DNA of 63,196 nt, filler included, from Rhabdomonas costata (GCA_019059605.1; 34 parts of 34 records of this genome joined end to end with filler, not necessarily neighbours in it), one strand, 5' to 3'; shown: positions 37,758 through 50,384, counted from the whole stretch's first letter. Made by a program: numbers and translations. Notes: a model not told the origin generated them from the sequence alone.

Positions 37758-38969
37758 CTCCGTGTGGAAGCCGGAGTGTGGGTTGGTGGTGGACTCTGTT
37801 CCCGAGGCCCACGTCTCTGAGGTCTCCGCCTTGTCACTGAGCCCCACGGACGACGTCCTGGCCTCGGCTTCTCTGGACACTACAGTCTGCCTCTGGAGAG
37901 TGGCGGAGGAAGGCCTGCGGCGGCAGTCGCTCGCCAGCCACGACCACGACGACGAGGTGCCTCTTCCTCTTCTCGTGGTGATCTAAAGTTCTAAGTGTAG
38001 GCACTCACGAAGATACGCTTGTGTGTATCAATACTATACGTGGTTTGGGTTAGATTTGGTTGGATTGGGACGATCAGAAAAACAATATATGCAACCCTCC
38101 CGCTTTGCGATTCCAACCAGAGCCTGCGATGCTTTATTACGACCTCAGAGCCTAAATGCCATTAATGAGCCTTCGAATAGGCGCCTAAACGCCCGCTTCG
38201 GTAGTATACTGCACGCAGTGGCTGTGCTCGTCTTCCGCCCTGAGCTGGGGAACCATGTGCCCTTCTCATTATGCTCTGAGTTGCTCGATCTCGCCTCGTC
38301 ACATTCCCAAGCAGTGTTCACCATTGAAATGAAGACTAACCCACGCCAGCACCGTGCAGGCCCCCCCCTTTTTTTTCTAAACGCGTGCACGCCTCTGAAA
38401 TAAAAAGGTGAGCTGCCTGCAGATCGACCCCTCGGGGCGCATGGCTGTGGCCGGGGTTGCGGACGGCTGTGTCGTGCTGTACGACCTCCGAGACATGGCT
38501 CGGGCAGCAAGCCGCTTCTTCCCCCACTCCGCCTCGATTGTGAGCTGCTGCTGGCTGGACAGCCGCCACTACGGTCCCCTGTCACTCCCAGCCCTCTGCC
38601 CGTGTCAGACCTTCCAGAGACCCGAAGTCTTTTGCGAGAAATGTTTCACCATCTTGCGGTTTTTTCAGCGCACATCCGCGTTCAAAAGCGGACTTGCTTT
38701 TTGGTATTTGTGTTACGGGGTTGCTACTTATTTGGTCTGGTGCACCTGTTGTTTGTATTGCTCCGCTACTCCATGGCGTTCTGTATGGACTTTATCAAGT
38801 ATCTGCGTTTTTATCCATTTTCATTTATTTCTATTTCTTCGCACTCTCTTTTTATTATTTACGCCTCCCCCCTGGTGCCCTGGCGCTGTTCTTGGTTTTC
38901 TTTTGCACAGTTACGGCCGGTCTGGACGAGCAGCTGATGTTGTTTTCTGTGGGGCAGGACACCCCTGAG
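37758..38969 (+). CDS. WD40-repeat protein (exons 37758-37956, 38408-38573, 38911-38969)
   Basis: AHVSEVSALSLSPTDDVLASASLDTTVCLW...HDDE|VSCLQIDPSGRMAVAGVADGCVVLYDLR...HSASIVSCCWLDSRHY|VTAGLDEQLMLF; three consecutive WD40 blades, GT-AG, phases compatible. Confidence 0.9.
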
Positions 38970-40279
38970 GTGACATTTCCCACAACCAACNNNNNNNNNN
39001 NNNNNNNNNNNNNNNNNNNNNNNNNNNNNNNNNNTTAATTAATTAANNNNNNNNNNNNNNNNNNNNNNNNNNNNNNNNNNNNNNNNNNNNTTTCAAGGAG
39101 GTTTTTTCCGGTTATGATAAAAGCTTTTACTCAATAGCTTGGGACATCTTCAAACTTTAAAAAGTCTAAGAATAAATTTCTTGCTACACGATTCCGCAAG
39201 TTTGATTGCTTTTGGGCTCTCAGCCATCCACACCGGCCCATCCCACTTGCGTTGGCAGGCCGTCAAGGCCATGCCTTATCTTCCAGCCTCCAGTACCAGT
39301 TTCCGTCGCACGAGGATTTGTTTTAATCCCAGCTGGCTTGATACGGTCGTGTCTTCCACCCCAGCTACTGCTTTTGACTACTTAGCCGTCTTACTCCCCT
39401 GGTGCGTCGCCTCCGCCCCTACGACTTCTCGTCCACAAACATCCGCATTTCCCCAGCCAAACACACCATCCCGGAAGTATGGCGTGCCGTATATATTTCC
39501 CTCTACCACGTTGCAACATTTCTATCTGGGTAAATTTCCTGGTAGCCTCTCTTCAACGTCTTTAGTGCGCTTGCATACGCCCGTGAAATTGTCCCATCCT
39601 CCCTTTGCCAGAGTTTTACGTGGCACGTCTTCCGTCGGTCTGGCTCCACCTCCATCCTCCGTCTCGGAGCCTCTCTCCCCTCAATCGCCCTCTTGTGTCG
39701 ATGGAAAAGCCCGGGATCCCTGCAATCCTATGTTGAGCCCACGGCACCCCTCCTTCACTCCCACAACTCTCTCACTTTGGCGTCGCTCTGAGCCGACCCA
39801 TTTCCACTTTATCCACACTACCATGCCATTGATCTCGCTGTGGCCCAGCAAAGTGTTTTGGTACACCGCTCTCCACACAAATCAGTACTCTTTTTGAACC
39901 ACTGATTTCGAAGACCACCCGTCTTTTTCCACAAGTTACACCGTCTCAGCTAGAAATCGCCGCACAAAAGCTGCACACAATCCTCCACGGTTGCGTAAAC
40001 GCATCCGTACTGTCGCGGATGCTGCATACCATCGATTCCACTCCAGGCGCCTGAGACTCGTTTGCATTGGTCAGACACAACTCCCTCCGACTAATGAGGC
40101 AATTTTGCAGGGCTTGGGACCATGTGGTCATGCAACTCTACCGCTGAGCCTGTGGCTTTCCCATCGCCTTCCGCTTCATCTCCCTTCCCATTATCCTCTT
40201 CTTGCCAGCAAATCTCCCAACCGCCACTCAGCCTTTTTCCAGACTGTTCCGCTTCTGTTATCTCCAATTCCTCCCATCC

Positions 40280-40810
40280 TTATTGTTATCCAACTTTTCT
40301 TACTCACAAGTCCGCGGTTAAGGCTCGGCTGATTGGTGACATTCGTTTCTGTAACTCCATTTCTGTTTCAATCATTTAAAAATAACCAGCCTTTTCTTTA
40401 CCACAGCTGGAATCACTGTTCACATCACGCTCCGGTTTTACTCACTATTTTACCAAACTGGACATCGAAAATTGATTCTGGTACATTTCTCTCCGATCCG
40501 CTGTGAGCGGTGCATTTACTCTTCAATCTCCTCTTGGAATACTCTCTTCTCGGCGCTTACATTTTGTCTGTACCTGGTCTCATCTCCTTGCTCACTCATA
40601 CATTCAGTCTCTCCTTGAAACTCTCCAACGCATTCTCCCGCTCCCGACTACATTTCAGTACATTGACGATTTTCTTCTCTCACACGCTGACCACTGCTTC
40701 CTCACCTTTTGCACGCACTATGCTGCGCACCTCCTCCAGAGCGCTGGCTTCTTGCTGAAGGAGAAGAGTTCTTTAACTCCCTACCAATATCATCTGGATA
40801 GGCAAACTGA
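40280..40810 (+). mobile_element. Decayed reverse transcriptase, DIRS/Ngaro/TATE-like (tyrosine-recombinase retroelement type); the rest of contig 39091-40852 is probably the same element
   Basis: Ordered motifs: FLTHKSAVKARLIGDIRFCN, FTKLDIEN*FW (in-frame TGA), FQYIDDFLL (YxDD), LQSAGFLLKEKSSLTP and, after a frameshift, IIWIG. Confidence 0.75.
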
Positions 40811-41242
40811 TCGAATACTCTCCACTCCCTCTGATTTACAATCCACCCCACCNNNNNNNNNNNNNNNNNNNNNNNNNNNNNNNNNNNNNNNNNNNNTTAA
40901 TTAATTAANNNNNNNNNNNNNNNNNNNNNNNNNNNNNNNNNNNNNNNNNNNNGGGGGTTGGGTTTAAGTGCGGTGCCGTTTCGTAAAAGTTGAGTTATTT
41001 GGGCTTTCCCCAAGTCATCGGTCTTTGCGCCTGGTGGTACGTGCTCCACTTTGGTTGTCTCACAACCGCATTCGTACCACAATATGAACATGCAGTTGGA
41101 CACTATTCAAATAGGTTTAAAATGCACAAGAAACGTTCATTGTGTGAATCTTGTCGTCCTGATCGGCTGGAAGTCTATGGCTGGTGAGGTTGAGCGGCGC
41201 TCCGGCCGGAAAAATGGGTCCGCGTGGTTTTGGGAGGATGGC

Positions 41243-41284
41243 GCATGCACCGCTTGCATGCCCAGATTTTCTACAAAACAAGTG
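41243..41284 (-). pseudogene. Degenerate CCHC zinc knuckle, possible gag remnant
   Basis: HLFCRKSGHASGAC fits x-X2-C-X4-H-X4-C with the first Cys replaced by His; the contig shows no exon structure. Confidence 0.3.
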
Positions 41285-42902
41285 CGGCGCAGAATTCGGC
41301 TCAATGGGGATTGCGAAATGAAACCCAAACGGTTCGAAGAGCGAAGCAGTAAGAGAGATAGCTTTGGGAGACCCGACCAATATCATGGAAGGTGGCGTAA
41401 TGTTTTTGTTGCGCGCCCACTCCTGGGAAAGTAGGGGCAAAGGAATTAAGGCTGAATTCAGACATTAAAACGGTAGTGAACGTATTTGGTGAAAGGGTCG
41501 GTCAGGGACGGGCCGGAAGGTGTGTAAACGAATGCATTTAGAAGGGAAAAGATTGCCCGGACCACCTGAACCACCTGGGATGGAAGTCTCCATAGATGGC
41601 CATAAGGAAAGCCTACCCGAGCGAAAGGGAAGCGCACGTGTGCGAAATAATGTAGACGCTAGCGGTATGCCGGTTATTGGAAATCGGCAAAGTTGCTTGT
41701 TGGTGGTAAAGTTGGAGGTAGTGTTTGTGTCATGTCTCATTTTAAGCGCGCATGCGAACGCGCAAGTTTTTGTGTCTGAATTGTTTGGTTTTTTATTGGA
41801 TTACCAAAAGCGTGCATGGGAGATGAAAGCAGAAGTCGGAATGTGACAGTGTATGAATAAACTGAACGAGATGCGCATGCGCTGCGGAAAAACATGGACC
41901 TCTTTTGAAGCGGGGGTAAATAATGGGGGCTGGGTGCAAACGAAGCTCACTACACAACTTGTTGGGCACGTTTGCGTCCCAGAGTGGTCCGATCCCTAGC
42001 TGAAAACTGAGAGACTTTGGGATTGTGTATAGTGATTCCATGGGGATCTTTAGACGGAAAGTGGGTAATATTAGTGTTTATAGTCAAGATTTCATGGAAA
42101 GAACATACCAGATAAACCACATGAAGTAAACATACAGCAAACGATACAGCATAATTGACAATATTATCATAATAAAAGGCACACCTCAGCAAAATAGCCT
42201 CCGCTCAAAGATATAGAAGAATGCATGGATACAGACAGACACTAAGACTATGCTATGTAGGCAACAGCGCAGAAACTGTAACGAATGTTGCCATGTGAAG
42301 ATCAGGAGCTGATAAATCAGCCTAAGTCGCCGCATGACTTGGGATTAATTGAGGCAAAGACAACGCCTTTTTTGTTTGAAAGCGAACTGGAAGCTGATAT
42401 CCATCTTAACGCAATTGCTGTAATTTACTCGTACCAGTTGCCGGGTATTAAAGAAATAATATACAGTGAGAGGCACTCAAAATTGTTCACCAAATTATAT
42501 TTTCATTCAGGATTTCACAAGATCACGCAAATTGAGAGGATAGCATTCAAGTTTTATACAAACTACTGGGCGTTCCAGTTTCATTTATGCAGTTCTGGAT
42601 GTGCAATGCTCCAGCAATGTTTAATAGAACCATGTATTTGTTGCGACATGATCTGAGATTGATATGACATTGGAAGCCGAGTCTGGAAGAAAGAGCGTAT
42701 ACACAAACAAACACNNNNNNNNNNNNNNNNNNNNNNNNNNNNNNNNNNNNNNNNNNNNTTAATTAATTAANNNNNNNNNNNNNNNNNNNNNNNNNNNNNN
42801 NNNNNNNNNNNNNNGGGGTGTTGGCGTACATGCGTTTGTTGATCTACTGCTGTGTCAATTGGCGATGATGGTTTGCTGCAGTGCTTATCTTTTCGGGTGC
42901 AG

Positions 42903-43743
42903 GGCTGGGCCCGGGGCCTCTCCTGGACCTCCGGCAGCGCCCAATCCAAAGCTCAAGCGCAGCCTCAGTGAAGGTCTGTTACCTGAATTTGTTTTTGTTT
43001 CATAAATCTCGTCATACTGGGATTTTTTTGCTCACATTAGGGTGGTAAGTAGCGATTTGGTTTATGATGGCGCATTCTCTTCAGCTCATAACCGCTCGAG
43101 GTTCACATCGGGCATAGATTTCACCCTCCTTGTGGCATTTTTACCCTTCCTGAAGAAAGCACCCAAGGGGATAAACCTATTCTCTCCGTTTTTTTTCTGC
43201 GCAGCTGACACTACCGATCTGGACGCGCGGGGTACAGACCCCCACGCGGAGGTTCCCGGCAGCCGTGGGCGGGAACAGGACCCGGACAAGCAGGTGTGGG
43301 CACTGGATAAAATTGCACCCGCGCACTCCTCCCTCTCTTTGTGCCCATGCGCATTCAGTAGTTTCCGTGCTATCCCGGACATAAGCGCCAAGCCCATCCG
43401 AGCCCACAGATGCTCACAGTCCGCCTTCGCTGCCGAAATATACTTCAGCAACGGGAAGCTATTAGCTAGATTAGCTAGATGAGCGTAGAAATGGTCCACT
43501 GGTCATGAGAGCGACTCTTTCAATTTTAGGGTGGGTTTGACGGGAACGGTCCGCATTACGATCATTAGTTTTGGCAGGCTGCGCACGTGCACTTTTACAT
43601 TCAGTGTGGTGGACACACGCACAAACGCATGCGTACAGCACCGAAGAGAGCAGAGGCAGAAGCAGCACGAGGAGTTCCTTGCCTTGCTGCGCGCCCAGAA
43701 ACAGCAGGCCCGCTCCGGGGCCATGCTGGGGGCTTCGGGACAG
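42903..43743 (+). CDS. Three internal exons of an unknown low-complexity protein (42903-42973, 43205-43293, 43639-43743)
   Basis: GT-AG, phases chain: ...PKLKRSLSE|ADTTDLDARG...DPDKQ|HRREQRQKQHEEFLALLRAQKQQ...GQ. Confidence 0.6.
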
Positions 43744-45476
43744 GTGCATGGCCTGCTCCGCAGGCGCCACCATCCCTATTTTGCTTCTTCCGAAAAACGA
43801 GTAAGCAGACGGTCAGTTGTACAGTTTGGTGACTGATGCCCCTTAAATCATTGGTACACTTTGAAGCATTTTCCCAGAATATCATAACTGTCTCACTTCT
43901 GCACTGCAACTACCTCCAGAGCACTTTCATTTTGGAAACCCCCGTTTCAAAATGCGATGCCATTGTGAATGGCAAACCCCACCTCGTCTGCTTCTCTGCT
44001 GCGCTTCTTTTATGCCCAGCTCCCGCGCACGCCCTCGTTTCCTCTCCCTTCTTTTATGGTTGGCAGGTACTCCCTCTCTCCAGGATCTTGGGCAACACCC
44101 TCTAACCCCTCTAATCCCTGTGAGTGTCGGCTCACCTCCAAAGTCCTTTCTTTTTGGTGATTACCTCAGGGAATCATCATTACCGTGGCCGGTGCCTCCC
44201 CCCCCCAAAAAAAAAACACAATCGTGGGCTGTCGACTATGGAGGGAAACTGTAACTAGAGGAGACTAAATCACATGGCATGCCCGCATAAATGGGGTGCC
44301 AGTGTTTATTTGAGGAGCAAAATAAGCACAGACAAAAAGAAACATCAAACAAACAGCCACGTGGTGGTGAAGAGGAGGAAATTGGGGTGTGCAGTCGGTC
44401 TCTGTTTCCGCAATAATCAGAAAAAAAATAGACGGGCGACGGAAAGGAACGGAGACGCCATATCAGAGATCCTCGGAGTGAGAGAAAGAAGCGCACAGAA
44501 GAGAGAGTTTTCAAAAGGAAAGCCAAAAAACCTCGTGACGCCCGTTGGCAAACGAATGGGCTCTGAAAAGCAACNNNNNNNNNNNNNNNNNNNNNNNNNN
44601 NNNNNNNNNNNNNNNNNNTTAATTAATTAANNNNNNNNNNNNNNNNNNNNNNNNNNNNNNNNNNNNNNNNNNNNGTTGTGGGGGGGGTCGTGATTCGGCA
44701 TTCCCAGCGCCCGGAATATACTTTCGAGCTGTTTTAGCCTTTTCCTGGAGGCACAGGAAATGGTCCAGCTTCCCCTGCGTCCTTGCCTCCCTCTGTTCCT
44801 GGTGTTTTTACAATCTATTTTTTTCGCGCGGATGCCGCTCACTGACTTTTCTCTGAGAGCAGAAGACTGTGGCAATGGACCTGAGTTGACGCGGCACTAC
44901 CAGTACTTGTATTGGTGAAACTTCACACTTCAAGTGAATGAATGACTTGGGGGGGCCTTCGCCTGGCTTGAAGGTGCAAGAAGCGTTCAAGGTGAAACCG
45001 AAAAATGATTGCACTTGCTTACGGCTGCAACGATCAGAGTAAAGAGACGGCACAGGGGATGGAGTGCCATGGGGTAGGACGAGGACGCTGCGGACCTAAT
45101 TGTAGTTGAGGATTGAAGAATGACCTTCAAGCTCAGGTCGTCCAACTCAGCAAGCGAGCTTTTCGTGGCAGAAGAGCCGGCCGCTAAACTCCACGTCGGA
45201 GAACATCCTGAAAACTGCATGGGGCATCCGACCTACGTACGTCGTACATGTATTTGTGCCAGTGCGAGTGGGTTTTTGGAAGAAAGTGCACAAAATTCTG
45301 GCTTTTTCTGCATGGAGTGTTTGTTTTCACCGTCAAATTGCTGCGCCCAGATTTACTAACACCCTTTCATTCGTGGTTGTTGCGTGTACTGCGGTTCTTT
45401 TGGTGTTCCACCTACTGTTTGACCCTGAGGGGTGGGTGGATGTGCTGGTGGTTCCGCCGTGAGCAAGACCTTTGCT

Positions 45477-46414
45477 ATGAGTGCCAGCACAAATGGCCCC
45501 GAGGAGGGTCTCTCGGCGGATGTTCCTGTTGAGATTTCGGAGCCACGGCCTCGAGTCACGTTTGCGAAGTCCCCTCTTCGATCGCCCCAGGGGCAATACG
45601 CAACGCTGGAAAAACCTCCTTCGGCTTCCAGTGGTCCATCACCTACCTTCACGTCCGTTGTTAACGCTACGACAGGCCCCTCCTTAGCCTCTGGGCCAGC
45701 AGGGTCCTTGCTGATCAACACCACGGCGGACCCCCACGCCACAATGTACCCCAGGCGTGCTGTCTTTTTATTGGAAGAGGGAGATAGGCAAAGAGGAGGG
45801 ACATCATCGAGTTCGGACCACCTGTTTTCATTGGTCGCTGGTAGAGGCCCTACCGCAAGCTGGGCAATTGCGTGGTGCGGAGATTATTTTGATCTTGCAA
45901 TCTTGCCCTTGCACACAATCTGACTTTTTCGGCTATGCTTTTCTGAGCAACTGCATGCGAAGCGAATTCAACACGCGTGCAGCATATGTAGTAGCAGACT
46001 TGAAGATCGTCTTCTAGGTTTGAGTGCAGAAATTGTTGTTTCTATTAATCTCTACTGGTGTGTCTGTGTGTGAGCAGATCGGGAAGAGAAACATAAGCCG
46101 TTTCTAAGTCCTATCTCATTGTGCGTGTGCCGAAACAATGCTCAGCTGCACTTGATACATACATAGCACGAAGCCGAAGAGGGAATTATCTGCCCTTCTC
46201 CCGAAGGTACATCGGCTGTGCATCGGCTGTTTCGGCTGGCTTTTAGTTGGCTGTTGTTTTTAATTTCCCTGTTTTGGTTGTTTTTTTGGGGGGGGGGGTG
46301 CTTTTTCCCTGTCGTGCAGCTCCAGTGCTGTGAAGCAGGAATCGGATTTCCGGAGGCGGTGGCGAGCTACTCCCAAGAGGACCGTGTGCATCAGCTTCAC
46401 TCTGCTTGCCGCAG
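45477..46414 (+). CDS. Small membrane protein, possibly TMEM134/TMEM230 (DUF872)-like (exons 45477-45754, 46320-46414)
   Basis: Disordered N-terminal exon. Joining at CCC AG|gcgtgc ... gcag|C gives SSAVKQESDFRRRWRATPKRTVCISFTLLAAG, the start of a TM helix. This requires a GC donor; the family call is tentative. Confidence 0.4.
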
Positions 46415-46753
46415 GTGTGTGCACTACTTGAAGGTNNNNNNNNNNNNNNNNNNNNNNNNNNNNNNNNNNNNNNNNNNNNTTAATTAATTAANNNNNNNNN
46501 NNNNNNNNNNNNNNNNNNNNNNNNNNNNNNNNNNNTCTCAATCCCGTCCTGAAGCGCCCTACCTCCGCTCTCACGCGTTTTTGGTGGCGCAGCCTCCTGT
46601 AACTCCTTCGGTTTTCGCCTTCCCGCCCATTGCATCCCGTGGTGCTGTGCTGTTGTGCTCTGTCTTGCCTTCTGGGTTGCTAGAAAAAAGGAGGTTTCCG
46701 CAAGGAAACTGTTAAAGTAATTACTTCACATCACAAGGAGATATGAACAGAAC

Positions 46754-47643
46754 CTCTTCGCGAAGTGAAGCCCCCTCCCCAATTTGCTGCGTCAGCAGGT
46801 CCTTTAGGCTCGCCGCAATGCTGTCGTGGGCGGCGCGCTTGACCTGAAAGTTCGAAGTCAATATACATGGCAGTAAAAATACCGGAGGAGTCACAGAGAG
46901 AATCACAGAGGAGTCACGGAGAGAATCACATTGCCACAGCACAGCGAAGGCTGGGCATCAGATCCCTCCAAGTCAAAGGAAGTGGCCCGTGAATATCAAA
47001 AAGCAGCAGAAAGGGGTGCTGCAGCAAGATTGGTGTTCAAAAAGGCACCCCCTGGGGCCCTGGCGAAACCCCCCGCGAAGGACCAAAAACACACCTCCTC
47101 GCGAAGCGGAGCTCCCTCCGCAATGTACTTCGCCAGCAGCGCCGTCACACTTGCGGTGGTCTCGTGGGCACGCCTGACCTAACCACAGCCAAGCGACAAC
47201 GGGAAGAAAATACCGCAAAACCAAATTCGACTGAGGCGACGGCACCTTTACGGGAATTGAGCGGGCAGTGTCTCTCTGTGTGGGTCTCAGTGCGTCGACT
47301 GTACGGCACTGGCGTACCGCAACTCATCACAAGAAGATGGGAACAAAACACTAATTCTCCTCAGCGGTAAGTGTATGCCTCTGATGCCGTAGAGGTGCCG
47401 TAGAGGATGCAAGCATAACAAATATACCTCTTCGCGGAGAAGGAGGCACTCACGGTGCGCCACGGCCAACTCCGTGGAAGAGGCCCTCAGTCGGACCTTC
47501 AGCTCCGCTTTGGCTGCCTTCATTGCCTCCAGCTCCCCCTCTAATTCACTGATCGTACAGAGCTGGTGCGAGGCCACCGCAGTGCGGAGCTGCTGTGCCG
47601 CGGTGGGGTGGGGGAGGGGCTGCTGCTGCGGCTGCTGCTCCAT
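46754..47643 (-). CDS. Coiled-coil protein with duplicated exons (47643-47428, 47178-47095, 46843-46754)
   Basis: All phase-0 GT-AG: MEQQ...ECLLLREE|VRRAHETTASVTALLAKYIAEGAPLREE|VKRAAHDSIAASLKDLLTQQIGEGASLREE. Confidence 0.75.
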
Positions 47644-48808
47644 TGTGATGGGCTTGCGGGAAGAGAGAGAAACAACTTTGGAACGAGAAAGACAATACAG
47701 GCACACACAGCAACACTCACAAAAAAAACGGGTGCGACCAAGTTGATGGAAGCACACAGAACACCCCATGATTTTTTTCTCGCCTGCTTTCGAAGTTCCC
47801 ACTCATGGTACTCGTGATTTAGGAGGTTTGAGAGTCAACTTGAAGTTGTGAAGAACTGCGTGTGATTAGGACATCGGCCACAGCTGCCGTTTCACATCAG
47901 CATCAGGAGTTCCGAAGGTGCTAGTGCGTGCCTCTCTGTTCTCGACGAACCTTCAGCGATTGTGGCGCGTCCAATGGAGCTGGGTATGCTGACTGAGGTG
48001 GCACACGCATCCTCGTCAATAGCCTTTGGGTGTGCTCCCGCCCCACAATTCCTCCGCCATGGGACAGCGTGTGAGCAACAAGAACCTTCTCAGAATAAAA
48101 GCCAGAGGAAAGAACGAACATGAACCATGGAGAGCACATCGTAAGGAAGAAAATTATAACGAAACAACGAAAGGAGACCCTTTAAGCCACAGGGAGGAAG
48201 ACCAGGGGATGGGGATTCATCAGATGAAGGCACACACTGCACCACCACGGGTTGAGAGAACCGTGAAAGGACGAGTGAGCCAGAGCCACAACCCACANNN
48301 NNNNNNNNNNNNNNNNNNNNNNNNNNNNNNNNNNNNNNNNNTTAATTAATTAANNNNNNNNNNNNNNNNNNNNNNNNNNNNNNNNNNNNNNNNNNNNCAT
48401 CGTTGAAACTTTCCCTTCGTCTGCATGACTGCTCCGTGAGACGAGACGAGAGCGCAGTGGGGCAAGATGGCAGGCGCTTTACCGGGGCACCTGCAGCATC
48501 GACACTCTGGCATTCCAGTGGCAGCCACGAGGAACAAAAGTTGAGCTCAGGGAAAGACCAATGCCATCTGTACATCTGAATGCCCAGGTCGCGGCTTTCA
48601 GATTTTCGGCGTTGGCCCCGTTCACAGCTTGGTTCTGCCCGCAGTGAAGCACATTAAGTGCATCGTGGGAACGATCACAAGAAAATGAAATCAAGGTCTG
48701 CTGCCGTTTTGAAATATGACTCCGCGAGAGCCGCATTGTGACGCAGTGTGCGTTTCACATTTTAAAGAAGAGTACCCCTCCCTCCTGCCTTCCCACCATC
48801 CACCTGGC

Positions 48809-49883
48809 CTGAAAGATGGCCACGCCACCAGGGTGGGGCATCGCCCCGTTCGCTCCCGAAGCCCGCACGAAGGTACTCACATCGTACACCGCGCCGTCGA
48901 TCAGCAACCAGAAGTCAGAGTCACTCTGGTGCCTACGCGCCCCATTCACACGTAACAAGTCCCATTCACAAGAAAGGATAGGAGGTTCTGCGGGTGCTTC
49001 GACTTGCTACGCTGCTGAAAACCAGAGTGGAGTTCTTCCCTGTTACCATTCACAACAGACGGGATAAAGCAGAAGCTAATGGCGATGCCCAGGAAACGTT
49101 CATCTCATCGCAAACAGTACGATGAGAAATCCAAAACGTCAAATTAAGTGACGAGTGAAATCCGACCGTCCCGACCGTACCCCACACATACCGAAGGAAC
49201 TCCTCCCACGAAAGCTTCACCCCCCGGGCACGCTCAAGCCGCTCCTCTTCGGACCGAAAGAAGGCCTGCATCGCCCCTACCTGCAGCGCGTCTGCAGCAG
49301 CCTTGCACTCCTGTGGGGTGAGAGCGTAGGGCGATAGGTAGCGGTTGGCTAGAGGTTCGAGGTTCGAGCGAGACGTGCCGCAATTGTGTTGAGGATCAAC
49401 GCTTTCTTTTCAGATTTGTTGCCAAGAACACTAAGGCTGACTGTCCAGGGGCTTGTTCAACTCAGCGGTCAAGAATGCGAAAAACAAAACGGGGGCTCCT
49501 TTCAGATTCTAAAAAGATGGGCTTCAGGATGGACGAAACTCAACTTAACGAACACAAAGAGAACGCTTTGATGAGGACAAGGATCACGGAATTTGCTTTT
49601 ACCACCCCCAAGAGTGACGCAGTCGCAGGACACACAAAGAGAGGGCCTGCAGCTCGGCAGGGGCATAGGCGAACCCCTTCCCATCAAACATCTCCGTGAA
49701 CCGCACTGCCAGCTCCAGCGCGGCATACTCCACTGGGACCTCCAGGGGACCCTCAGGGGTAGCCTGCAGTAGAGCCGCTAGCACCGTTGAGTGCTTGAGC
49801 AGCGGGCGGGGAACCTCGAGCTCCTCCCCGTCGGAGCTAACCAGGGTAACAAGATCCTCCTCCTCTGGAGCCGAAGGTTCCAT
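48809..49883 (-). CDS. Skp1/BTB(POZ)-like domain fused to a cytochrome b5-like heme-binding domain (exons 49883-49647, 49310-49192, 48932-~48809)
   Basis: VTLVSSDGEELEVPRPLLKHSTVL...LEVPVEYAALELAVRF...ELQ|ECKAAADALQV (Skp1/POZ-like) ...KLSWEEFLR|HQSDSDFWLLIDGAVYDVSTFV...HPGG (cytochrome b5 motif). Phases 0 and 2 are compatible; the first intron is GC-AG. Confidence 0.8.
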
Positions 49884-50268
49884 TTGGTGTAAGCAGCGAA
49901 AGACCACCAAAGGAAAAGAGAAAATATCAGAAGACAGATGACAATGACAGAATACGTGAAGATCTGCGACAACGGCGGGCTACGTGTGGAAAGAGCGGCA
50001 GTGCCCACAGTGAGCTTTCGGCGGATACAGTCAAGTTAGAACCACCGCGGAGGCACGGGGCTTGAGGATCCTGTGATATGCTATGCATGGTTGTCTGTCA
50101 GTAAGAGTTGGCTTCGCTTAAGTCCTCCGGCCTTTGTGTTTGTGTCAGCATTGAGCACNNNNNNNNNNNNNNNNNNNNNNNNNNNNNNNNNNNNNNNNNN
50201 NNTTAATTAATTAANNNNNNNNNNNNNNNNNNNNNNNNNNNNNNNNNNNNNNNNNNNNGGGGGTTGTT

Positions 50269-50384
50269 TTGTACGGATTGCTTTTCAAATGGGACCGCAT
50301 TCTATTCGCGCAGTGCCGCACGATCCTGATGGTGCGGCACTGCGCGAATAGAATGCGGTCCCATTTGAAAAGCAATCCGTACAA
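50269..50384. repeat. Perfect palindrome: 53-bp arms, 10-nt loop
   Basis: 50269-50321 is the exact reverse complement of 50332-50384; loop GATCCTGATG. Confidence 0.95.

Noticed and set aside
46886-46930. Short intronic tandem duplications (also 1206-1227, 15236-15265, 29180-29204, 50833-50866)
   Set aside because: Two-copy slippage-type repeats with no unique spacers or associated genes.
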